Shown piece after piece: positions 17,401-26,400 of a stretch of DNA of 64,000 nt; the stretch's first letter is position 1, and the number at the start of each line of letters is the position of its first letter. Source of the DNA: a virus (taxonomy: Duplodnaviria > Caudoviricetes); IMG/VR virus record IMGVR_UViG_3300028048_000080, positions 32,001 to 96,000 of that record. One strand, 5' to 3'. The notes under the pieces are model-generated. The model ran no database searches. It was not told where the DNA came from and saw nothing but the letters and a program-made list of their open reading frames with translations. A program made the position numbers and the translations under genes.

Positions 17401-20329
17401 GCCCGCGACCATCGGCGATGTCATCCAGTTTTATAATCCCTTGATCCAAGAGACGCTGTTGAAAGTTAGCCAAGAGAGTAAGTTTTTCATCTTCTTGAGC
17501 GTGCTCTATTTCGTTAGCGGAACGTCCCATTTGCCGCATCAAAGATTTGACTACGCCGTAATCAGCGTTGATATCGATTGAAGCCATAGTGCTTCCGGAC
17601 AAAGATTTAACCCCGTAGAATCCTTCGATATCCACTTGGAACTTATTCAGTTCGCTGGCAACGCGGGGAAGGACTTGATAACCTGCGCCGGCCTTGCCGA
17701 CTTTTTCTATAGCGGCTTCTTCAAACATATCCCGAATTTCGTGATAAAAGAATTGAGCTCTGTCATCACTTAAGGATATGTCTTTGCCATAATGGTCACG
17801 CACGGCTGTTAAAGAGGCTTTGATTAACCCCTTGTTTGCGCGCGCCCATTTTTCGAGCGACGCCATATTCTCCATCGTGTCGGCATAAGCCTTACGTTGT
17901 CCCGTCTCTTTGTCGATATAGCCAAAGTAGTCCTGAAGAGAACCGTCATATTCATTGAATTTAACTTCTACCCCAGAAAGTTGCTTCTCTTCTATCTCTT
18001 TCGTCTTAGCTTTAACCTTATCACGAAATTCTTGGCGAAGATCTTCAATGGTGCTTTCGTCCGCCTGATTTTTTAAAAGCCCTTTTTCCTTCAGCTTTTC
18101 ATTAACATATTTATCCATGTCGTCGACATACTGCATGAGCCTTTCGTCACGACTGGCAATTTTATCACGAGCTTTGCGCCCGGCAGCATCATTAAACGCT
18201 CTATCAGATATTTCCTCTAAATCTTTGAGAGAAGCTGTCTTGTATTTACGGTTGCCCTCAGCGTCTATAACCACCGTGCTAAGCATGTCCCGATATTCTT
18301 GGGGAACATTTTCCATTAAGAATTCTTTGTCGTTCCCCGTTTTTTTAGCACCCGCTAAGGTGAATAAGTTATTAACGGTATCCATAAGATCCTGATACTT
18401 GCCGACCAGAACGATGTCTCGGTGTGCCGAAGCCAACTTAGATTTGGTGTGCGTAGTCCAGCGCATAGCAAACAAGTCTCCGCCAGCCATATTTTCATGA
18501 TTGGAAAGTATAGGCATTAGCGGGGAATCAGATTCTATCTTGGAAATACCTGAAAGCTCGTATAATCCGCGGCGATGTATACCGGGCGCCTGATAAAGTG
18601 CCCGTGCGCCTCCTTTTTCGCCGATAGCTACGCCGTCAGAAGACCACCACTGGTTAGTGTCTTTGTCGAAAGCGAAAGACATTACGCCATGCTTATGCGG
18701 ATCCCAGGTAGAATTATTAGCGAAGAAAAGCTGCGTACTGTTGCCCTTTAATTTAACGGCGTTTTTGGTAGCTTTTTTAGTGATAAACGAATTAGAGGAG
18801 TTAGGGTCATAGAATCCGCTGCCGAATACTACGCGCATAAGGTCGATGGCATCAGCTTCAGCGATATGGGTTTGACCGCTATGGATAGCTTCCGGCGAAA
18901 GACCTTTTTTAATAGCCGTCGCCGCCAGGATTGTCTGCTGAGTTTTAGGAGTCTCTTTCTGCGTTTTCATCCACTTCATGAGCGAATCCGTCTTGTCCTT
19001 GTCGCCCATGTAATTGCTCCAGAACGTATACGGGTCACCCATGTGTTCTTTAGGAAGAACCATTGCGTCGAGAGCGTTATTAAAATGCAGATGGTCGCCG
19101 CCAAGAATGCTACTCATTTCCTTACGGAATGCTTCAGTAGTTAAATCCTTATTATGCAGGAGATAATCGAGCTGAGGAATATCGAAGCGATTGCCATTAT
19201 AGCTTACTGCCGTAAGGTTATTGGCATAAATGTTACGGATGGCCGAGGCAAGCTCTTTTTCCCATCCGAACATTTCGTTGCCTACGCGGGTCTTTTCTTG
19301 GTACTCGCCGACTTCACGGAGAAGATTAGCGCCCTTAATCATTTCTTCTATCGTGCCGTTCGCGCCAGTTATATCCTTCTGCTCGGAGAAAGAAGAAAAT
19401 CTAACTACACCGTCTTTGGCTTCATCCCAGTTCACGTGCGTATATTTAGCGCCATGCAAAGCGAGACGGTTAAGGGTTACAAGTTCACCTTCTGCCATCT
19501 TTTCGCCACGAGAAAAACGGTCGATGAGGTTAAGCATATTCTTATGCTCTTTGCCGGACAAACCAATAATAGAACCGTAAGTTTTCTTAATATTGAAGTC
19601 GCCCGTCTTAAAATCGCCGAAGCCATCAGAGAAAGAAAACTCGGTAATACGCTGCATCTTATCGTATAACTTATCACCGTGACGACCGAAGGTTTCCAAG
19701 TCGAATGCTACGGCGCGCCCTTTTTGGGCGACGATGTTTTCGACGGCTTTTACTGATTCGTGTGGAGCGCCTTTAGTATAGGGGGTAGTTTTTTGATAGA
19801 TAAAATCGTATCCCGTGGTCTTTCGACTTTTCCCGTAAGTAAAAGCTTTGGAAAAAGTACGCACATTAAGACCCGAATACAATTTAACTAACTGCTCGTC
19901 AATTTTAGGAAATTCACTGAACTTCCTGACGGCTGCGTGTGGAACCACTATAGTAGCGCCTTGCGGTTGAGCTAAGTCAGCTATACGATACGCCAAGAAA
20001 GGAGCTATACTATGGTTTTCTTGCAGAGCAAGTTTTTTCCGCATTCGCTCCAACTCGCCACTGTGTTTTTCTCTCCACCAATTCCGATCTTGATTGTATA
20101 GCCAGACACTATTGTCTAAGTCTTTGATGATATCGGCATCGGCTTCGTCGCCTATATCCTTAAAAAATTTTAAGCTTTCTTGTTGTTCGTGAAAAAGATC
20201 TCTTTCGATGTGTTGTCTAGCATGTTTTCGCTCGTCCATCTTTTTTTGGAACGATTCCGAATTAGTAAATTTATTTAATTCAGCCTGCATACGAGCCTGC
20301 CGTCTTGCGTTGTCGCTGAAAAATGCCAT
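11447..20329 (-). CDS. Giant (2960 aa) putative virion RNA polymerase (two-barrel type) with N-terminal DEDDh 3'-5' exonuclease domain
   Basis: QRYP followed 38 aa later by NGDYDSD (beta-prime-like RxP..DxDxD spacing). Exonuclease motifs AFDLET, YNGNRFD, HIAEAD. Hydrophobic C-terminal helix. Confidence 0.7.
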   Translation of the reverse strand: MAFFSDNARRQARMQAELNKFTNSESFQKKMDERKHARQHIERDLFHEQQESLKFFKDIGDEADADIIKDLDNSVWLYNQDRNWWREKHSGELERMRKKLALQENHSIAPFLAYRIADLAQPQGATIVVPHAAVRKFSEFPKIDEQLVKLYSGLNVRTFSKAFTYGKSRKTTGYDFIYQKTTPYTKGAPHESVKAVENIVAQKGRAVAFDLETFGRHGDKLYDKMQRITEFSFSDGFGDFKTGDFNIKKTYGSIIGLSGKEHKNMLNLIDRFSRGEKMAEGELVTLNRLALHGAKYTHVNWDEAKDGVVRFSSFSEQKDITGANGTIEEMIKGANLLREVGEYQEKTRVGNEMFGWEKELASAIRNIYANNLTAVSYNGNRFDIPQLDYLLHNKDLTTEAFRKEMSSILGGDHLHFNNALDAMVLPKEHMGDPYTFWSNYMGDKDKTDSLMKWMKTQKETPKTQQTILAATAIKKGLSPEAIHSGQTHIAEADAIDLMRVVFGSGFYDPNSSNSFITKKATKNAVKLKGNSTQLFFANNSTWDPHKHGVMSFAFDKDTNQWWSSDGVAIGEKGGARALYQAPGIHRRGLYELSGISKIESDSPLMPILSNHENMAGGDLFAMRWTTHTKSKLASAHRDIVLVGKYQDLMDTVNNLFTLAGAKKTGNDKEFLMENVPQEYRDMLSTVVIDAEGNRKYKTASLKDLEEISDRAFNDAAGRKARDKIASRDERLMQYVDDMDKYVNEKLKEKGLLKNQADESTIEDLRQEFRDKVKAKTKEIEEKQLSGVEVKFNEYDGSLQDYFGYIDKETGQRKAYADTMENMASLEKWARANKGLIKASLTAVRDHYGKDISLSDDRAQFFYHEIRDMFEEAAIEKVGKAGAGYQVLPRVASELNKFQVDIEGFYGVKSLSGSTMASIDINADYGVVKSLMRQMGRSANEIEHAQEDEKLTLLANFQQRLLDQGIIKLDDIADGRGQEYLVDIENDTAAIAGGKITHLMRERRKRNVWAGILSTTEQFDIIDNLVNGGLTDDEILAVSSKATGIDFQVATSFKPVAENGKPVWKKESKEGQDFLAWAKGVASDINKNIVFNNGFDVSQGTEKEEQEFIQKLVDTAGYSERDARKIYKMQRARYGASQEMLEQIIGGIYSHGGAIGYNKDYGQFWVYNTAQDVRANNYTVIGLDRNVFSNGTFKRRLANGQEFGDEVGLYYSSKHNALIYTTEEGRLARDGENLMNFMFNRGRENGNLAEEVSGIFGMRSARYRQHSADYFGDRQDRNLANVINIDETLHTIGQKDRKEIIQKLRDEGTQAADIMIEHLEKIGDEGIKHAKRVDEINSLKNASSSLAAAYMRTLHILTPYIVDSIDSGRAEFLDLFEGDTTGAFQDILSHAGDTRGQVNILSDSYRGLMSYDKDLNHISTKMDRAIPFNVERAAKIMEGRGVRFGAAFESMQEHMHMNAISEKLGHNVADTMVVNKLSADSESMRRLMRYAADKLGEDSFEYRQMMSIFTDEASGAISARAADAGLTSEHFEQHVAFGKIARSDIENSRNFEKLLKAQGKITFDADGMAHYESNAGVYVESGEELFTKASNSATYKDETVRAKQTGLLRSGIFKNGQEMTDEAVSDYINQNINKSLTGAEREQAAWALFSKENSPFSHDFYVKSLDIDGHTKLTDYSEKQMSHVLMNGLGQGSQEVDKKIASTLKELNAEKLIGRQIHVDFIQELFDTGTVKGTGFAAFVHGLTLSKAMAEKDKAKRERLLALNDAKIEEIINKNFGGVAKFASALLEERYRTNTVMDEALRDIGIKEAIDMFGHTAAGHKKHGGPSAFEATFNGLIDLKGFSIEEAKDIMEKNGAMKGIKIHEDTDGKKWAEFVTDDSHLSTKGLNKVTEKYFGGKDGWHDSMHQLSTKYGDVMYEVARTQVRVLPNYNYGKSGDRSTFKADERTIDALKSTVYTKDYIDKSSTAISDAFGDTAFSRAIQDFTKSKKDGDLAYQTLVDDFMKDTFVHEGKGVQGAEHILKNGETAQTAEEGMAWLKEQGVDKKTAQRAINALKKSNVQDATANRVLDLIEANSSTNAHEYNRSHKYSLEEMNNLGFTSLSIDDLRTNARIHKTDDKFAESLYGQAIVLDLHSNSLIDGQIYTSDRDRTIALPFSALQQEDSTGAARKSELQRQVARVTRLHDQYTSEYENHRGGGQDINEKRRSELMRETEKLRSMVAQEATDKNGTFKRASTTVISDGTMYGTAQGFQFLGDGLDGAFGNAKFLDSGKSFTELADIRNAKDAVLKGSGMDLGFLFASTQHRDAIYSDEMFEQMAGGDKKLAKQLKEKTLGVLDKEGTIAVDQRYPLVSRDPVQAVNMHFSDILGRDEFRTNLKTFRQQNGDYDSDKINAMIRKSEAEITYADGRTVRAQVDFAAYRALSAMEGTNVKLLDDNFIEAKAGMVRNAVDITPYGQPQESHWGKDGKHIADDSYGVSNLTEYTYDGDRLVNFEKKYTEEEIKTNKALLDQLNENYKTSHAEDFEKIWDAEKGAAKDEALYVQRMGNFVAQNYGKEEAAAFDEALHYRKWQMGMDERFTEAASKKAAGIMNKSLFEFSRIAHSQAKLTGKENAEVLIGLMALQEGALTGKNARGETDLKRAEELQKVWGDAVKAMYTGENREEAASALQTFVGGVFKDRAKKEFGPRSAMLGDTDELIENTTKLFGDIVRNTTIDQKEQKLLMTGISASGLKASDPLNYRSSHSVDSQLGKTAQVLNDMNAEAGVSGAFNDLDNATSTAIHKNAEDAAQQMAEAASRNRNARYRRAVVQDTAESAGKSFGRMLDIAPIGGAGGKAIAAAIGIAAGLMTAGYASGPSVEHDVPTPAQTQAMQMSNDQGDQIAMQQMSLSDSNLNVMRGGPSSGYVININAQTGQGQQAAVDAISNAASGLTPQTGSVNVNLSTSVGNSLSQLQVNRMVAHAIGVA

Positions 20330-20350
20330 GAAAATATCCCCTCTCTATAC

Positions 20351-20381
20351 AAAAAGTATCAGCACGATACTTTTTCAAAAA
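20351..20381. repeat. 31-bp palindromic element copy 2
   Basis: Identical to 11387-11417; lies in the leader of the 2960-aa gene. Confidence 0.9.
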
Positions 20382-20419
20382 CGTCTTTTCTAAATATAGA
20401 TTACCGATAACGGGCAAAG

Positions 20420-20444
20420 AAAAACCCTGGATTATTCCAGGGTT
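20420..20444 (-). terminator. Probable intrinsic terminator after the 2195-aa gene
   Basis: AACCCTGG-aataat-CCAGGGTT hairpin followed by Ts on the minus strand. Confidence 0.65.
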
Positions 20445-23400
20445 AATAAGAGCTCTGCATAGATAGAGAGTTTTCGACCATCTTCTGTTCGTGACGCATA
20501 CCCATCATCTGTTTAACAGCGGCCCATATGGTAGTACCGCCGCCGGTAGGTCCGGCTTCCACGGAAATGTCGACACCTTTAAGTCCGGCGCCCTTGAGCA
20601 CATCTTCCATGTAGTTTTTTACGGCGGCTTCATTATGGTCACGGCCGCCACCTCGGAAGTTTACCGTAGGAGCGTTGATTACTTTTTCATCTCTGACTTG
20701 AGAATCGTAGTAGCCAAAGTCCGAAAGATTCATCGCTTCGTTTTCGATGGTCTTAACCTCAATATTATTCAAATCATACTGAGGAGCCCATCCTGCCCAG
20801 TTGGCTACGGGCAGTTCATGCTTAGCGAAAAATGTTTCATTATCTTCCTGCTCGTCCACCGTCTGTCCCCAGGCAAGCTGCAGAGCTTTACGTAGGAACG
20901 GTGAAACCTTATTGAGAATAACGTTACGTTTATCTGGATTGACTTCTTTAACAAATTCCATGAAGTATTCACGATCATTCGTCGGAAGGGCGGTAACTAT
21001 TTGTGACCATGAAGAATTCTCGTCCAAAGCATACATGGTTGCGTCAGCCGCTTTCTTATAAAGAAGCGCGGTGCGCGTCCATTCGCCGCCCGGAAGAATC
21101 ATAGTGTCTCCTTCGAGATCGGCTATCTTAGCATTGAGCTTCTTCATCAGCTCGTCGCGCTGAGTGCTTGGACGGGAATTCTGTTGAAGTTTCTTCTTCA
21201 TGCTCTTGTACTTGCTAAGAGCCTTCTGGTTCTTCTCCGCTTTCTCTTGCTGAAGCTCTATGACGTCTTCGAGATCGACGTCTTCTTCTTCCTTGGCTTT
21301 TTCAGCGGCGGCATGGAATAATCCTTCGTACTTCAGATAGGTTAGTCTATCGAAGTAATCTTGCATCTCCCATTTTTCTTTAGTGCGTTCAGGAATCCAG
21401 TCACCGTTAGGGTTTTTCTTTCCGTGGTAGAGCATACCAGCCGCCGCGCCAATAGCGCCGTATATCGCACGGGTCTTGCCGTTCTTTTCGAAGAAACGCC
21501 CTACTTCCTGCCCGATATTGGCCATAGACAACGCTTCATCGACATAGCTGTTACCGCCGGTTGCGGCATGAGCTAAAGTCATCGCGGTACTGCCGTAGCG
21601 CGACCAATTCATACGGGTTCTTTCATCCAGCCCCATGGCATTACCGAGAACGTTACCGATGAAAGCGCCGCGATCGCCAAAGATAAACGCGTATGCGCCG
21701 GCATGCTTCATCCACGGAGAAGCACCTTCAAAATCGCGGGTAAAACGATAAACATTGCCGAGCATGCCAGTAAAAGCGCTGCGGTCATGTGCTGCACGTT
21801 CTAAAGCGGGCATCAGGATGGAATTAATAGGATGTTCCCATGACTGATATGGCGTACCGTATACCTGCTCTGCATCATACGACTCAAGAGGAGAACGTAC
21901 TCGTAAGAACTGGTCGGAAAGCCATGGGATATCCATATGGGCGATATACTCTGAACCCCATGCTACCATCTTCTGCACGGGGCCGTAATTAGCCAACGTT
22001 GCCGCCGCCGACGTATCACCTTTACGTATAGACGCATCGCCATTCTTAATCATTTCTTGGCCGATATTCATACCGTCAGCGAATACGGCGGCATTTAACG
22101 TGCCTTGAGCATCTTTGTTTTTACGAGCGTACTCATCTTCGTCTACCGCTACCGTTACAGTTTCGCCTACGTGAATATAACGATTCAAGACTTCTTGCGC
22201 GCTTTCCTGTGCATTGGCTTTTAAGTGAGCGCCGGCTATCTTGAATATGCGGTTGCCCGAACGGAACTTGCCGTACCCCATGACTTCTGATACGACTACC
22301 TGTTGGTATTCCAGCCCTTTACCTACTACCTTATAATCGTAGAAATCATGTTTTTTACCTTGCTGATTTACTCGGTCACGAATCTCGTCCATCTCGTCGA
22401 TAAGTGCCGGGTCAGTAATGGTCTTTTTGGCTATGTCGCGCCATAGACGATATTCGGGAGAAAACGGCGCGATATCAGCCAGTATTTTCATACGGTCAAA
22501 AGCGCCGTATTCGCCGTACTGGTCAGGATGCAACTCATTAAGTGATTCATATCCTTTACCCGGGAGACGCATTTCGCCTTTTTGAATTTGCGTGAAGGGA
22601 TCGCCGAATCTGAAACGTTCAGGGAGCCAATCAGGCATGGTATTCATAAGTGGATTATTTCTTGGCCCACGGCGATAATCGGGAACGAAACGACGAGCTA
22701 TTTCTGCTGCTGCGCCGCCCAAACCACCGAGATTTTCATCCCAGAAGGTACGGGAGAACGAAGTCATATCCTGCCCCGTAGCGATACGCTCCATATCATC
22801 GACGCCGAATCCGGTAGCGGCACCGAGAGCGTAACCGTAGATACCTGAAATCAAACGCCAGGATACGGCGGCATTTTCTACTACGCCCGCACCTTTAGTC
22901 TGGTTTATCAGCTGAGTTACGGCATCCGGGTCACTCAAGAAATCCATTGCTTGAGACGGGCGATAAGACTTCAGCTTGTCGCCGTGAATCATCGTCTCGT
23001 CTTCATCTACTCCGTAAGGCGAAACGGTTTTACCTGACTCAGCTTTACGGGAAGCAGTTACGGAAGCGAGCATTCTTCTGGGATTTACTTTAGAAGCAAG
23101 AGCGGAGAGTTCTCCCCACGCATGTGTGCTATGCATTGGATCAATGCCTCTTGCGACATCTTCCAACATATTGCCATGGACGAGCCCGTCAACTACGTCG
23201 TTGCGCGGCAGCATATCCGTTAACTCATCGTACAAAGTCTCTCCGACCAGCTCGTTATACAAAAGCTTATCTTCCGCAGAAATCTTTACATGCTGTTTTT
23301 GCGTGGTTATGACGGTACCATTGCCTTTGTCATCCGTTGCGATGACCGACCCCTGTTTCGGAGGAGGACCACCGAAGAGTTTGTAATCTATCGCTTCGAA

Positions 23401-26400
23401 GAAACCTATATGGGTAGAGCCGATATCATCGAGAACCTTTTCGGTCTTAACTCCTTTACCTAGCCCACCACCGCCAGTCGGCATCTTATCTAATGGATAT
23501 ACGCCGTATACGCCAGGGTCAACGTCGCCGTACTGTCCACTCTTAAATTGGAACGAAGCGATGCTGGTATCTGATGTCGGTGCGTCAAACATATCCAGGG
23601 TTACGGGATCAAAATCCATGCCGTTTACCTGAATATAGTTACGGTGGCCTATATCGCGAGCTTTCTGCTTAATGTTCTGCGTGATACCATACAGCAATGC
23701 TTTAGGGTCTACGCCGTTAATATTGCGATAGTCGAACCCAAGGAAAGTGTTGAGACTTTTTTGAGGTTTGATTAATTCGCCTATAGTAGGATTTAATACC
23801 GCGCCCCATGGAGTACCGTCGGCAAACATATGACCGGTCAGCTCATAAGGTCTGTCCTCTTTATGCTTCTCTTCTAACCAATACGGATCTAATATTCCGG
23901 CTATGGGAGAAAATGGATTGGTAGGCGTCGGCAAAAGGCTGTGCGACCATTTATCCCAGTAGCCATCGTAAAGAGCCTTGTCTTTCCAATCGGATTGGAT
24001 ACGACGAGCAAACGTAGGCTCCCAATAGGATATCTCTGCGCCGCGGGCTTCGTTTACGCCGCCGAATGTCCACCATGCACCTTTGCGTACGGGAGTGTAT
24101 CCTTTCTGATACCATTCACGCCGTTCATCGGCGTTCATGAAGTCATCGTGATCGCCCCAGTATTGCATTATAGGGTTAATAGCCTTTTCGCCTTTGAGCC
24201 AATCGGTTAAACCGATGGTATCCAAAACTTTGCGGCCGGCAATATCGAATTCCGCTACGCCTTGAGCCATAGCTCCAGACATGGACATACCCGTTATCTC
24301 TTCGGATGTATCATCCATCCATTCAAGATAAGTAGCTCCTACGGCCACGGGGAGAATGCGTTTGGTAAACATCGCCGTGAGCATATCCGTAGCACTGCCC
24401 ATGTTATCCTTGGAGAAACCTAATCCAACTTTATTCATTTCGTCGGACAAACGGGATAAGAAGAAATATGGAACGTACGTAGCGTTGGTAACATCACCCA
24501 TATTGCCGCGGCCGGCAGTAAACTGTTTTCCGAACTGCTTAGCCGTATCCATGAAACGGCCTTCGGTTACGCTGGTAAGAAGGTCTGTTACATGTACCGT
24601 TTTACGTTGAGTAACGAACTGGTTATACGGCAGCGGATTAGCTATCTCATCTGCCTGCATATATGGCGTGTCGAAGAGATGTTCATTTTCGGCGGCCATA
24701 TTAGCCAGGTCTTCCTGAAATTGCTTATCCATTTGTTCGTTGCTGCTGGATAATGCGCTGCTGACAGATCTTAACGCTTTCCATTCATCTTCTCTGGTGA
24801 AAGAGTTTTCTTCAGACATTCTTAGCGCATCTTCAAGATAAGTCAGATCATTCAATCGATGAGCGTTTATGCGTTCCGCGTCTTCCAGCCCAGCCGCGTT
24901 TATTTTGTCCAACGCTTTGGCATAATCAGGTTTTGAAGAACCATCGCGCGCCATCTGAGCGAAAGCTTCGCGACTAAACAAGTTGCGTAAGTACTCTTTT
25001 GCATCTTCCGTATAATTGCCGGGTTCGGTATTGGGTAAATCAAGGACGCTGGTAGAAAGATTTAATTTTTCTTTGGCTACTTTCTGAACGATATGGGAAT
25101 TGAGACTGTGGATATTGCCACGCGCCTTACGGGCCAGATCATTCAATTCGCCGATGGCATAAGTGTCGTCTCCGCTCTGCATAAGGAGCTCAAGCATAGA
25201 TTCGTAATCGTCTTTGACCAAATACTCCAGCATGGTGCGCGCAGGAGTTTTACCTTCGTTAGCCAAGAGCCGTTCAGCACTTAACGAATCAATGCCGTAA
25301 GTATGATTGCGAAGATTATCGCGGATAACGTCTACGCGATCGTGATAGCTATCAAGCCATTCATCAGAAACCAGTTTTTTATCATATTTTTGAAGTCCAA
25401 GAATGTCGGCGTCTTCTATAGTAGGATTGAGCATATCGCGGGCAGCCGTGGGGAAATAATCCAGATTGCTCCCCTTATTAGCCCAGGCATTGTATTTTTC
25501 AGCGAATTTAAAGCCGCTGAATTCATCGCGTCCTTGTCCTATATCAAAAAAACTAGTAAACCAGTTGCCACCTTTTTTGTAGCGTACGTTGCCGGACATT
25601 TGCTGATGCATATGCTTGCGTGGGCCGAATCTGCCGGAAACGAATTCTGTCTCGATACCCTGCATTTCTTTGGCGAGTTCGATCTTATCGTCGCCGACTC
25701 TATACCAGTCGCCCATAACGTAGAGCATATTGCTGTCAATTACGTTAGTCTTTCTATTATCGGCGGCGTTAGATAATGCCGCGAGGCCAGGATCTATAGA
25801 ACCTTTCGCCGCAAAATGAATATTGGGCATTACGCGGTCGAGAGATGCCTCGCGCATCTTAAAGATTTTGCCGGGAAGCGTATTCGCGAAACTGGATACC
25901 AGTTCATCCATAAACTTACGACTATCGTGGAGGCTATACATGTTGCCTCTCGCATCCATGCGCAGCACGTCAGCGTCAGGCGTTAAATCCAGGAATCTCT
26001 GCTCCTTAGACTCTTTCATGTAGCGGTCGTAAGCTTTGGTGCCCTTCTTGGCGTTCTTATTTAACCCCGCCTGCTTATCCAGTTCTTCGAAGTACAGGCG
26101 AGCATCTTCGATATCGTCAAGCGGGCTGTAGTTCGTGCCTCGATTTTCGCCATTTACCTGGTAATGGTTGACAGAAGTTTTATCTTTATTAGCCAGAATT
26201 TCACGGTTGCTTACGCCGCGGCCACCGGTAACCCTATCCTTTATGCTTAGATTTCTAACGGTACCGAAGCGTTTTTCCATTCGGTCGAGGTTATATGCAG
26301 ATTCGTTAACCTGTTCGGCGAGCTTCTGGCTGAAATCGTCAACATATTTTTTACGCGCTTGCTTGTTGTCAACATAACGCATATAGCGAAGCATTGTATC

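Noticed and set aside
11387-20381. Palindromic repeats as CRISPR repeats or transposon ends
   Set aside because: Only two copies 9 kb apart, no spacers, and no cas or transposase gene.
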